Source: Candidatus Minusculum obligatum
GTDB lineage: Bacteria; Patescibacteriota; Minisyncoccia; Phycocordibacterales; Phycocordibacteraceae
Assembly (NCBI GenBank): GCA_045401155.1
Contig: CP174360.1
Location: 376,769 to 417,078 of the forward strand
DNA: 40,310 nt
Direction of reading: 5' to 3'
Of this stretch, positions 24,791-34,259 are shown one piece after another. Numbering within the stretch: position 1 is the first letter of the stretch; every line of letters begins with the position of its first letter. The notes below the pieces were generated by a model. That model was not told where the DNA came from and did no database searches. It saw only the letters and a program-made list of their open reading frames with translations. The translations under genes were made by a program, and so were the position numbers.

Positions 24791-26104
24791 TTATAGATAT
24801 GATAACGGATTTAGGTACGCTTCGCGAGGAGCGACGGGGATATATGCGTTTGGACAGTTTGTAGATGCCTTCACATCTCCAAAGCGAACAATCTGTACTC
24901 CTTGGCTTGCGAACACTGCAAAGTGAAGATGCGGCCCTGTTGAGTACCCAGTATTTCCTGAGTATCCAATTACATCTCCAGTACTTACACGCTGCCCCTC
25001 ACTTACTTGAATGTCAGAGAGGTGGGCGTACAGCGTAGAAAGACCATTAGCATGCTCAAGAAGAACCCACTTTCCATATGAGTAGCAGCCACGGTACTGA
25101 TCTGTATTTCCTGTCCCCTTTACTACTCCTGCAAGTGCTGCTTCAAGTGGTGTTCCAGTGGAAGCTCCAAAGTCGACACCATTGTGTCCTCGTCCGCTAT
25201 AGATCTGCGCGTTTTGTGTCGCAAATGGTGTATTCCCAAAGTACTGTGTAATACAGAAAATATTTCCATACCAACTCTCTCTATCTCCACAGCGTCGCAT
25301 AAAATCAGCTGAAAATGGCCATTTGAGTGTTCCTGATCCTACTTTCGGGATACTACTCGGATCAATGGCAACCTGAAGCTCTGTTTCAAGTGCAGCAAGA
25401 TCTTTTTCAAAGGCTGCACGAGCCTCTTCTTTTTCTCGGATAAGTCGCTGATACTCACTTTCTTTATTTTCTGTTTGATCGAGCAATTGATCTTTTTGTC
25501 GCTTTGCTACATCAAGACCATACTTCTCACTTGAAAGGTCACTTCTAAGTGCTGCGAGCTCTTTCTTCTTTCGCTCCTCTGTCTGCCTATCACTTGCAAG
25601 TGCTGCCTGTACTTGTGTGATAGATGCAATACTCGCTTGGAGTGCTCCTTGGAACTGTAGAAGAATGCCTGTTTCGCTCCACACGTCAGACACTTTGTCT
25701 TCTGAAAGAAGTTGTTCGATCAAAGTCTGTGCACTTGCCTTATGTATTTCTCGAAGCGATTTTGCAATTGCTTGTTCGTGTCCTGCCATCACCTCTTGGT
25801 TTTTTGAAATTTCTTGTGAGAGTTCTTGAAGTGTGAGGTTTGCATTTGCAATACGGTTCTCTGTCACGCGGATATCTGCCGCAAGCTTATTGCGAGAGAG
25901 ATCAAGTTCTTTTATAGCACTCTGTAGACTACTTTTTTCTGCACCCACCACTTGGAGCTGTTGCTGGTATTCAGCAATCTGACGTTCAATCTCAGCAATC
26001 TGATTATTTCTATCTTGGATCTGTGCTTTTAGATCATCAATATTTGCTGCAAACACAGGAGTTGCAGTAAAAAGGAATAGTAAGCTGACAAGCACGTACT
26101 TCAT
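24791..26104 (-). CDS. M23 family metallopeptidase with N-terminal coiled-coil (EnvC-like)
   Basis: Signal peptide MKYVLVSLLFLF, a long Q/E/L-rich coiled coil, and the M23 motifs HNGVDFGA and GNTGYSTGPHLHF. Confidence 0.85.
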   Translation of the reverse strand: MKYVLVSLLFLFTATPVFAANIDDLKAQIQDRNNQIAEIERQIAEYQQQLQVVGAEKSSLQSAIKELDLSRNKLAADIRVTENRIANANLTLQELSQEISKNQEVMAGHEQAIAKSLREIHKASAQTLIEQLLSEDKVSDVWSETGILLQFQGALQASIASITQVQAALASDRQTEERKKKELAALRSDLSSEKYGLDVAKRQKDQLLDQTENKESEYQRLIREKEEARAAFEKDLAALETELQVAIDPSSIPKVGSGTLKWPFSADFMRRCGDRESWYGNIFCITQYFGNTPFATQNAQIYSGRGHNGVDFGASTGTPLEAALAGVVKGTGNTDQYRGCYSYGKWVLLEHANGLSTLYAHLSDIQVSEGQRVSTGDVIGYSGNTGYSTGPHLHFAVFASQGVQIVRFGDVKASTNCPNAYIPVAPREAYLNPLSYL

Positions 26105-26147
26105 CACGCTCTAGTATAGCAAATGCTCCACAAGTAAAAATAGTTAC

Positions 26148-27473
26148 TTACCCTATCTTTTCAAGTGCATTCTCGATTCGTGCAAATGATTCCTCCTTCC
26201 CTAGAATTGAAAGAAGTGAGAACGGATCTGCTGATTTATCACGTCCTGAAAGAGCATATCGAAGTGGCCAGAGTACGTCTCCACGACCGACTTCTGAGGC
26301 ATAGTCCCATATTGACTCCTTTAGTATCTCAGGATCGCTCCAGGCCTCATTTTGAGCCTCTGTGAAGGTGTTTTTTACGTACTCTAGGTGTTTTTTTGTG
26401 TCTTCTAGCTTCCCTTTTCCTTTAAATAGCAAGTTCTCTTTTTCATACTCTGGAGTTTCAAAGAAATATGAAAATTCTTCAGCTGTGAATTCGCTGAACT
26501 TGTGTAGTCGCTCACGAATAATTGGAAGCATTTTCTCAAGACGATTTTGTGAGAATTGAGGAAGTTTTTCTAACTCTGTTATGTCTAGAGAATTTAAATA
26601 TGTTTTGTCATCTAGATTTTGCAGATGCTCTTTATTGATCCAATCTAGCTTCTCAAGAGAAAAGATGGCTCCTCCTTTTTGTACACGCTCTAGCTCAAAC
26701 TCTTTGATAAGTTCATTGAGTGTGAATATTTCTTGCTCATCCTTTGGGTGCCATCCAAGAAGTGCAAGATAGTTTATAAATGCCTCTTTTGTGTACCCCA
26801 TAGCAAGATACTCTTCCACAGAGGTTGCTCCATGTCGCTTTGAGAGCTTCGCTTTATCTGGTCCTAGGATAAGTGGAAGGTGTGCATAGATTGGTCGCTC
26901 ATATCCAAGCGCTTCTTGGATGAGGATTTGCCGTGGTGTATTTGAAATATGATCCTCTCCACGGATTACGTGTGTGATTTTCATTCGCGCATCATCCACC
27001 ACAACCGCTAAGTGATAGAGTGGATCTGTTTTGCTTCTGGCAATTACAAAGTCTCCAAGCTCAGTGGTATCAAAGGTTACATCTCCTCGGATAACGTCAT
27101 TGAAGGTAATTTCTTTCCCAGGATTTCTAAGGCGTACCACCTCTACCATCTTCCCTTCTTCATTTTTACTTTCTTCTTCACTTACGTATGCCTTATCACC
27201 TGCAATAAGCTTCTCAATTGCATCAATGTGAAATTGTACATCTTCACTTTGTCGATACAACTCATCGTGTACAAGACCAAGGTTATTAAGTCCCTCTAGA
27301 ATATTCTCTTCGAATTCTTTTGTAGATCGCTCTTTGTCCGTGTCTTCACTACGCACGATAAAATCTCCTCCATGCTTTTTTGCAAATAGGTAGTTAATCA
27401 GTGCAGTTCTAGCAGTTCCAACGTGGAGAATCCCTGTTGGAGATGGCGCTATTCGTGTTCGTATCTTATCCAT
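26148..27473 (-). CDS. gltX: glutamate--tRNA ligase
   Basis: RIAPSPTGILHVGTARTAL (HIGH-type motif) and KLSKR. Start set to MDKIRTR (ATG 27473). Confidence 0.9.
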   Translation of the reverse strand: MDKIRTRIAPSPTGILHVGTARTALINYLFAKKHGGDFIVRSEDTDKERSTKEFEENILEGLNNLGLVHDELYRQSEDVQFHIDAIEKLIAGDKAYVSEEESKNEEGKMVEVVRLRNPGKEITFNDVIRGDVTFDTTELGDFVIARSKTDPLYHLAVVVDDARMKITHVIRGEDHISNTPRQILIQEALGYERPIYAHLPLILGPDKAKLSKRHGATSVEEYLAMGYTKEAFINYLALLGWHPKDEQEIFTLNELIKEFELERVQKGGAIFSLEKLDWINKEHLQNLDDKTYLNSLDITELEKLPQFSQNRLEKMLPIIRERLHKFSEFTAEEFSYFFETPEYEKENLLFKGKGKLEDTKKHLEYVKNTFTEAQNEAWSDPEILKESIWDYASEVGRGDVLWPLRYALSGRDKSADPFSLLSILGKEESFARIENALEKIG

Positions 27474-27993
27474 TGATTTCTGCGTAGTTGAAGAGAACAG
27501 CAAATGGTACACACCAGTACATCACATAGCGGTACTCATTAAGATCTACTCCTTCAGGCACAGTATAGTTAATATTTCCTTTTGTGCCACGTATCTCTCC
27601 AAGATCAATGAAATCCTTTCCTTCAATATCCTTACTTAGATATACGTGAAGATTTGGACCATTGATAGTCTCAAAATCCTCATACCGAATGATGGTTTCT
27701 TCCAGATTTTCAATAATCCGTACCGATCCACTTGCAGGGTGTCCAAATGTCCCCATCACAGGAAAGGCTCCTGAGATTGAGATCATCTCTGGAGTCTCTT
27801 CTTCCATTTCTTTTACCTCATCCTTCATCTCTTCCATGAGCATGTCCATTTCCACTTTCTGCTCTTCCGTTAGATTCTCCACGCCACTTGGAACAGTGTC
27901 ATTTACCTCCTGAACATTAAAGAGTGGTCCTACGAAGTAATATAGTGCTCCAATAATGGCGATTACGATGATTGTGATGATGAAGTTTTTCAT
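27466..27993 (-). CDS. DM13 domain-containing protein
   Basis: N-terminal TM segment and a C-terminal GSVRIIE...YEDFETINGPNLHVYLS pattern typical of DM13. Confidence 0.6.
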   Translation of the reverse strand: MKNFIITIIVIAIIGALYYFVGPLFNVQEVNDTVPSGVENLTEEQKVEMDMLMEEMKDEVKEMEEETPEMISISGAFPVMGTFGHPASGSVRIIENLEETIIRYEDFETINGPNLHVYLSKDIEGKDFIDLGEIRGTKGNINYTVPEGVDLNEYRYVMYWCVPFAVLFNYAEING

Positions 27994-27997
27994 ATAC

Positions 27998-28237
27998 TTA
28001 CAATACTATATTTATAAGTGCCACAAGAGCGACCAGTGCCCAAATGCTATTTAGAATTCCCGGCTGACTTGATCTGTCACAAAAAGAAATGATGGCGATA
28101 CCTGCCGCACCAGTAAGATTAAGGAGTTGGTACCAAATTGATGTTGCCTCAAGTACAGAAAAACTCACAAGTGTGTAGGCAAGCAGTATTGCCCCTGCGC
28201 CGTACCACCCTACTGTTTCTGCAAAAAGTTTATTCAT
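27998..28237 (-). CDS. small membrane protein (79 aa; CBU_0592-like)
   Basis: Three hydrophobic segments. ATG 28237 overlaps the murG stop (ATGAATAA). Confidence 0.45.
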   Translation of the reverse strand: MNKLFAETVGWYGAGAILLAYTLVSFSVLEATSIWYQLLNLTGAAGIAIISFCDRSSQPGILNSIWALVALVALINIVL

Positions 28238-29381
28238 CTTCTTCTCGTTTATGTGAGAGTCCAATTCGTACCATCTCTTCTGCAATGATCTTCCCTGCCT
28301 CAGGTCGTGCAAACTGCTTTGCGGCTGAACTCATCACCATTTGTTTATTTTTATCTCTAAGAACTGTAAGTGCTTGAGAGGCAAGAATTCCAGGACTCAT
28401 GTTTTCCTGCTCAAGTACAATGGCTGCTCCAGATTTTGCATACGTGTATGCATTTGTTCTCTGATCATGACTTATTTTCTCTGGAATTGGAATCAAAATA
28501 GACGGCTTACCCCAGAGCGCAAACTCTGAAATAGCGGTAGCGCCAGATCGAGAAATAATCACACTTGCAACAGATGCTGCCTGTTTAAGCGATTCTTCAG
28601 AAAGGTATGGATACGGGTGGTAATGATCCTTATATTCTTTTTCATGCAAGATCACACTGCTCCGTGCTTCTACATCTTTGATAAGATCTTTCCCTGTTTG
28701 ATGTATCACATGCGCATGTGGAAGCAGTGTGGTAAGTGCATCTACAACTGTCTGATTTACGTACTGACTTCCTAGGGATCCTGTAACTACAAGAATCACA
28801 GGTAGATCATCCTGTATTCCTAGAAGCTCTCGAGCGCCTTCAGCTTCAAGAGTTTGTAGCTGCCTTCGTACCGGTGTTCCTGTATATGCGATTTTATTAC
28901 GCACTTTCTCTGGCCAGTACTTTGTTACCTCTTCAAATGAAATGGCGATACGGTATGCGCCTTTTGCAGCAAGAAGGTTTGCTCTTCCTGGCTTTGCATC
29001 TGATTCATGAATAATCACAGGAATACGAAGAATGTTTGCGGCAACCGTAACAGGCACACTTGCAAACCCTCCCTTACTGAAGACCGCGTCAGGATAGATT
29101 CTAAAGAGCATCCAAAATGCCTTTAGTGTCCCCCACGCAGTCACAAATACACCCGTAAAGTTTTTAAGATCGAAGTATCGTCGTATCTTCCCCGCAGGAA
29201 TCTTTACGAACTCAATATTGTTCTGGAATAGTGCAGTGTTGTTGTATTCAGCTGGCGCAAGGTAATAGAGCTTTGGTGGAACCAGTTTCTTTTCTCGCTC
29301 AATATTTCGGATCTCTTCTGCCACCGCAATAAGTGGATAGAAGTGCCCTCCTGAGCCTCCGCCTGTGAATACAAATTTCAT
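28230..29381 (-). CDS. murG: undecaprenyldiphospho-muramoylpentapeptide beta-N-acetylglucosaminyltransferase
   Basis: FTGGGSGGHFYPLIAVAEE N-terminus and a GT28 layout. Confidence 0.9.
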   Translation of the reverse strand: MKFVFTGGGSGGHFYPLIAVAEEIRNIEREKKLVPPKLYYLAPAEYNNTALFQNNIEFVKIPAGKIRRYFDLKNFTGVFVTAWGTLKAFWMLFRIYPDAVFSKGGFASVPVTVAANILRIPVIIHESDAKPGRANLLAAKGAYRIAISFEEVTKYWPEKVRNKIAYTGTPVRRQLQTLEAEGARELLGIQDDLPVILVVTGSLGSQYVNQTVVDALTTLLPHAHVIHQTGKDLIKDVEARSSVILHEKEYKDHYHPYPYLSEESLKQAASVASVIISRSGATAISEFALWGKPSILIPIPEKISHDQRTNAYTYAKSGAAIVLEQENMSPGILASQALTVLRDKNKQMVMSSAAKQFARPEAGKIIAEEMVRIGLSHKREEDE

Positions 29382-29830
29382 TATGCTTCTACACGAGTGA
29401 ACTCAAGCACTCCTCCTCGATCTAGGTAAATAAGGACAAGTTTCTCTTCTGTTACTTCTACAATCTCAAAGTACAGAGATCCTGCGTCATCTTGAAGCTC
29501 AAGATACTGCTTCCCCTCTCCCGCTTCATATGGGAATGCCTCTGGAAGGTTCTCTACAGTAAATGTCACATACGGTCCATTTGTAGTTGCATCTTCCATT
29601 CCCTCATAGGCATCCATATACCCTCCATTCTCATAGATAGTTCGGATAAAGTTTGGATCTTCAGTAGATTGCCATACTCCAACAATAGAATCATTTGGAA
29701 GCGATGCTTCAACCACCTGTTCCTCCTCCTGTACTTCTGGAGTCTCCATCTCATTGTTTTGCATAAAGAAGTAAAATCCTCCTCCAACAATAATGAGTGA
29801 AAGAATAACGATAATAGTATTTTTATTCAT
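29381..29830 (-). CDS. hypothetical membrane-anchored acidic protein
   Basis: N-terminal TM helix and an acidic beta-rich body. Its stop shares 1 nt with the murG start (TAATG). Confidence 0.5.
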   Translation of the reverse strand: MNKNTIIVILSLIIVGGGFYFFMQNNEMETPEVQEEEQVVEASLPNDSIVGVWQSTEDPNFIRTIYENGGYMDAYEGMEDATTNGPYVTFTVENLPEAFPYEAGEGKQYLELQDDAGSLYFEIVEVTEEKLVLIYLDRGGVLEFTRVEA

Positions 29831-29834
29831 GATC

Positions 29835-30941
29835 TTAATCTTTTTTACTGTACGCTGATATCCTCAAAATTATACCAACGGATGCCAATGCAACCAAAAG
29901 GGCTGTTCCTCCGTGACTTACAAAAATAAGCGGAAGTCCCGTAAGCGGAAACACTCCGAGCATGGCTCCAATATTTAGTACTGATTGATACGTAATAGAA
30001 GACACGATTCCAACCACAATAAGAGCAGCAAAATGATCTGGTGCCCGTGTAGCGATATTCATGCCTCGCGTAAAGAGTGCGATAAGAAGTCCAAGAAGAA
30101 TAATTGCCCCAATGAATCCAACTTCTTCTGCATATACAGCAAATACAGAGTCTCCTACGGGCTCTGGCAGATAGCTAAACTTCTGTACGCTCTGTCCTAT
30201 TCCACGACCAAAGAGTCCTCCGGATCCAATAGCAATGAGAGATTGTTGAATCTGATAACTTGCTCCAAGCGGATCACTTCCTGGCTGAATGAATGTAAGA
30301 ATTCGCTCAAGTACATATGGACGAATCGCAGCAAGCACTCCAACTCCAGCAACACCAAAAAGAGACAAGATACCAATATCTCGCCAAGGAGCTCCTGCCG
30401 CAAAATACATTGTTACTGCAGTTGCTATTAGCACCAGTGCTGTTCCTGTATCTGGCTGCAAAAGAAGCACAAGCACAGGCACACCAAGAATAATTGAAAA
30501 TGGAATAAGGCCAGTGCCCATTTTCTTTACGTGTGTTTTTACAGTTGAAAGATACGCTGCAAGGTACAAAACCAATCCAATCTTTAAGAACTCTGCAGGC
30601 TGCACAGAAAACCCTCCAATATCAAGCCAGCGCGTGGCTCCATTTGCAGTTACCCCAAGACCTGGAATAAATACGAGTGCAGTTAAGATAATGCCTCCTA
30701 GGTATCCATAAAACGCAACCTTCTTATAAAACTTATGCGGAATAAAGAGCGTGACGGTAAGTGCTATTGCCCCCAGAAAGAGCCCTAGGATAAGCTGTGT
30801 GGCGAACAGCTTAGATACAGAGACACTCTCTCGTGGAAGAAGCCCGAGACTTGCTGAGGCAAAGGTTACAAATCCAATAGCAACAAGAAGTCCTATTGTG
30901 ATTAAGAAGGTTTTATCTACCTTTTGAAGAAGCTTTGTCAT
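29835..30941 (-). CDS. ftsW: FtsW/RodA/SpoVE family cell-cycle protein
   Basis: SEDS-type polytopic protein; YLPEPVGDSVFAVYAEEVGFIG is equivalent to the LPE-HTDFIF motif. Start set to MTKLLQK (ATG 30941). Confidence 0.85.
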   Translation of the reverse strand: MTKLLQKVDKTFLITIGLLVAIGFVTFASASLGLLPRESVSVSKLFATQLILGLFLGAIALTVTLFIPHKFYKKVAFYGYLGGIILTALVFIPGLGVTANGATRWLDIGGFSVQPAEFLKIGLVLYLAAYLSTVKTHVKKMGTGLIPFSIILGVPVLVLLLQPDTGTALVLIATAVTMYFAAGAPWRDIGILSLFGVAGVGVLAAIRPYVLERILTFIQPGSDPLGASYQIQQSLIAIGSGGLFGRGIGQSVQKFSYLPEPVGDSVFAVYAEEVGFIGAIILLGLLIALFTRGMNIATRAPDHFAALIVVGIVSSITYQSVLNIGAMLGVFPLTGLPLIFVSHGGTALLVALASVGIILRISAYSKKD

Positions 30942-30949
30942 GCTTTCTT

Positions 30950-32014
30950 TTATCCAATAATCGCAAGAGTCACTCCAATAATCGCAAAGATTAATGTCAC
31001 AATCCAATATCGCATTGTCACCTTATAGCTTGGCCACCCAATAGCTTCAAAGTGGTGGTGCACTGGCGCAATTTTAAATATCTTTCGTTTAAATATCTTT
31101 TTAGAAGCAACTTGCAACACGTTTGCTGCAACCGTTCCAATAAGCGGAAAGGCAATAATTGGTAGTACTGCAATACCAATTCCCTCTCCCAAGGTATCCG
31201 TCATGATGGCAATAGTTGCAAGTGCCATCGTAAGTGCCATAGACCCTGTCTCTGTCATATAAAAACGTGCAGGTGGCACATTAAACCAAAGGAATGCAAG
31301 GGTCGCTCCAGCAATAGTTGCTGAAAATGCTGCTAGGTCATACTGTCCTTGGAAAAATGCAATCGCGGCATACGCTCCAAAGATAATTGAAAAGATTCCT
31401 CCTGAAAGTCCATCGATTCCATCAATCACACCTCCTGCATAAATAATCAGTGTTCCAATCACAAAGAACGGAATGATGAGAATCCCAAGCTCAAGTGGCG
31501 CCATAAATGGAATACCCACTGATGTAATCTCAAGCTTTTCATAAAACCACCAAGCAGCCAAAAGAGATGCTCCTCCTACAGCCGCAAGTCGTACAGGAAG
31601 CGAAAGCCCCATATTCCCTTTTGTCACATCAAGAAAATCATCAACAAGTCCCACAATAGCTCCTAAGAAAAACAAAGCGGCTGGTACCCACGTCTGACTT
31701 CTTGTAAGGAAGTCAAAATTTGGAGCAATAGTTTCAGGTGCCAAAAGCGCAAATACATAAATACCAAATAGTGTAATTGCTACAGACCCCCAGATAAGAA
31801 TCCCTCCCATACGAGGAGTTTTTGTTTCTTCGTCTCCTTTTAGTGCATCAAATACAGGAGTTGCTCCTCCTCCCATTGCCTTTCCTTTTCCTCCTTTCTT
31901 CTTCCAAACTTTATACTTGTATAAAAAATGCGTGAGAATTGGAGCGGTTCCAATACCCACGATAAATGCAATAACTGCGGGAATAAATACTTTTAGAATC
32001 TCGGGCTCAACCAT
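30950..32014 (-). CDS. mraY: phospho-N-acetylmuramoyl-pentapeptide-transferase
   Basis: VDDFLD, DGIDGLSGG and APVHHHFE motifs. Confidence 0.9.
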   Translation of the reverse strand: MVEPEILKVFIPAVIAFIVGIGTAPILTHFLYKYKVWKKKGGKGKAMGGGATPVFDALKGDEETKTPRMGGILIWGSVAITLFGIYVFALLAPETIAPNFDFLTRSQTWVPAALFFLGAIVGLVDDFLDVTKGNMGLSLPVRLAAVGGASLLAAWWFYEKLEITSVGIPFMAPLELGILIIPFFVIGTLIIYAGGVIDGIDGLSGGIFSIIFGAYAAIAFFQGQYDLAAFSATIAGATLAFLWFNVPPARFYMTETGSMALTMALATIAIMTDTLGEGIGIAVLPIIAFPLIGTVAANVLQVASKKIFKRKIFKIAPVHHHFEAIGWPSYKVTMRYWIVTLIFAIIGVTLAIIG

Positions 32015-32032
32015 ATCTATATACTATACACC

Positions 32033-32962
32033 CTAAAAAGTGGGAGTATAGGTAAAGTGTTGAAGGGTTTTTTCTGCGAGATTTCTTACATCAGCAAAAC
32101 GTCCTTCTTTCGTTGACCCTAGTACCACAATGGCAATAGGTCGCTGTGGCGCAACTTCGATTAGAACAGCCAAATTACCTCCTGCAAGATCTGTGTACCC
32201 TGTTTTTGCTCCCACAAGACCCACGATCTTGCCCGCTAACTCATTCGTGCTGCTTGCAATATGCGTAAACCCTTCAGCTGAAGTATATGTGCCCTGCTCT
32301 TTGCTTGCATCAATAAGCAGATCTCGATGCTCGTCATATAAAACCTTTAAAAGGTGTGCTACGTCTATTGCAGATCCATATGCTCCACCAGTATATTGAT
32401 TTGCATCAAGACCAGTTCCGTTTAGTGCATATGTTTGTGGAAGCGAGAGTGACACTGCAGCTTGTGAAAGCAGTGTTGCTGGGGTCTTATTCTCTCGCTC
32501 ACTAACTGCACGCGTAAGTGCGTATGCCCCATCGTTTGAAGAAGAAATAAGTGTGAAGCGTGCAAGATCTCCAACCTTCCATGTCTCAGATACAAGCAGC
32601 GCGCTATCTCCCTCAGGAGATAGATCTTCTGGTGTGATACGAATATATCCATTCTCCCCTAGCGTAGAAACCGCTGTATATACAGAAAGAAGTTTTGTAA
32701 CTGACGCTAGCGGAAGCGGTGTTTCTTCTGCAACTCCATAGAGTACTTCGTTATTTTTTATATCAAATACAACAGCCGCATCTGCCATGAGGCTAATATC
32801 ATCAAAAGCGTTTGGAAGAGAAATTTCTGGAGCAGTCTCTGCAACCTTCTCTTTTGCAGGAGCAAGGTATGAAATACCAACAAGAAGTCCAATTAACAAC
32901 AAGAGAAGTCCTCCTCCTGCGGCAATCTTGTATCCATTCTGCGTATTATTCTCGTTCATCAT
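32033..32962 (-). CDS. D-alanyl-D-alanine carboxypeptidase (S11 serine PBP)
   Basis: SVTK, SSN and KTG motifs are all present (ASVTKL, SSSNDG, AKTGYT). N-terminal TM anchor. Confidence 0.8.
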   Translation of the reverse strand: MMNENNTQNGYKIAAGGGLLLLLIGLLVGISYLAPAKEKVAETAPEISLPNAFDDISLMADAAVVFDIKNNEVLYGVAEETPLPLASVTKLLSVYTAVSTLGENGYIRITPEDLSPEGDSALLVSETWKVGDLARFTLISSSNDGAYALTRAVSERENKTPATLLSQAAVSLSLPQTYALNGTGLDANQYTGGAYGSAIDVAHLLKVLYDEHRDLLIDASKEQGTYTSAEGFTHIASSTNELAGKIVGLVGAKTGYTDLAGGNLAVLIEVAPQRPIAIVVLGSTKEGRFADVRNLAEKTLQHFTYTPTF

Positions 32963-33497
32963 CTTTTTCTTTCAAAGTTTCCTCAAGAGCTGCCAGCTCT
33001 TTTGTAAACTCTTCATAATTTGGAAGATCTTCTTTAGATTCTACACCTAAATGTCCAAGAGCCTCTGTTGTTGGCTTGTACACATAGCTTCGAGAATCTT
33101 CAGGATTTACCATGCGCGTCACAAGACCACGCACAAGAAGTGTACGAAGTGCTGCTCCTGCATTTACGCCACGGATATACTCAATATCACTTCGAGTGCT
33201 TGAACCTTTGTACAAGAGAATAGCGAGTGTCTCAATTCCAGCTTTTCCAATGCTTCCAGAGAGATCTTCTTTTTGCATTTTTTCTAAAATAGCTGATGCG
33301 CCTTCTGCAGTTCGAAGCTCCGCATGTGTTTCTGTACGCACAAGAGAAAGCCCCCTGCCTTCAAGCGTACTTGAGAGCACGGTAAGATTTTGTTTTATTT
33401 CAGCCTCAGGCACTTCAAAAAGCTTAGCGAGCTGCTTTATTTCAACAGCTTCGCCCCGCATAAACAGTACAGCTTCTATTTGAGCGCTTAATTCCAT
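32946..33497 (-). CDS. scpB: SMC-Scp complex subunit ScpB
   Basis: IEAVLFMRGEAV...; tandem wHTH pattern. Confidence 0.8.
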   Translation of the reverse strand: MELSAQIEAVLFMRGEAVEIKQLAKLFEVPEAEIKQNLTVLSSTLEGRGLSLVRTETHAELRTAEGASAILEKMQKEDLSGSIGKAGIETLAILLYKGSSTRSDIEYIRGVNAGAALRTLLVRGLVTRMVNPEDSRSYVYKPTTEALGHLGVESKEDLPNYEEFTKELAALEETLKEKDDERE

Positions 33498-33512
33498 ACC
33501 TTGAGTATATCA

Positions 33513-34259
33513 CTATTCATACTTTGGAATATTTGCTCTTACATTTGTTGCAGAGAGCTCAATATCTTGAAACTGTCCTTGCTGCACCACACTCAATGCA
33601 CCTTGCTTTACGAGCTCAAGCATTGCCAAGAAACTTACAACCACATCTATCTTTTTTGCATTACCCACACCAGCAAAATCTTTAAAACTCATTGAGAGTG
33701 AACTCTGAATTCTGTTTGAAAGATGTTCCATCATCTCCTCAAGAGACATTACCTTTTCTACTTTTGCTTTTGGAATAGGTTTAAATTGCTTTTGGGTTCG
33801 CACAAGTAGACTTTGAAGTGAGTCTTTTAACACTTCTTTTGTAACTGTATCATCTGGTACAAACACAGGCTCAACCTCAGGCGTATACTCTCTTCCAAAA
33901 AGAATACTCTTCCCCCACCTCGGAAGTAGATTAAGTGCAATCCTTCTAAACTTTTTATATAACTTTAGGCGTCGCTCAAGATCTTCTACATCACTTTCTT
34001 CTTCTTCAGTAAGCTCAAGTACTGGAAGCAGGTTTTTGGACTTTATAAGGAGCAGTGTTGCTGCAATCAAAATAAAGTTTGCAGTCTCTTCTACAGGAAA
34101 GTTTTCTTGATTATTTACGTACTGGATGTAGTCATCTGATACTTGCGCAAGAGATACATCACTTACGTGGAGTTTTCGTTTTTCAATCAGTGTTAAGAGC
34201 AGGTCAAACGGACCTTCAAATGATTCTGTTTTAATTTGAAAGTTAGTCGTTTGATTCAT
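33513..34259 (-). CDS. scpA: segregation and condensation protein A
   Basis: FEGPFDLLLTLIEKRKLHVSDVSLAQV is typical of ScpA. Confidence 0.85.
   Translation of the reverse strand: MNQTTNFQIKTESFEGPFDLLLTLIEKRKLHVSDVSLAQVSDDYIQYVNNQENFPVEETANFILIAATLLLIKSKNLLPVLELTEEEESDVEDLERRLKLYKKFRRIALNLLPRWGKSILFGREYTPEVEPVFVPDDTVTKEVLKDSLQSLLVRTQKQFKPIPKAKVEKVMSLEEMMEHLSNRIQSSLSMSFKDFAGVGNAKKIDVVVSFLAMLELVKQGALSVVQQGQFQDIELSATNVRANIPKYE

Noticed and set aside
23301-33483. Plus-strand ORFs of 120-200 aa opposite YibE/F, ftsW and scpB (23301..23897, 29985..30431, 30289..30711, 33112..33483)
   Set aside because: They are antisense shadows of well-supported minus-strand genes within a tightly overlapped operon, with no independent signals.
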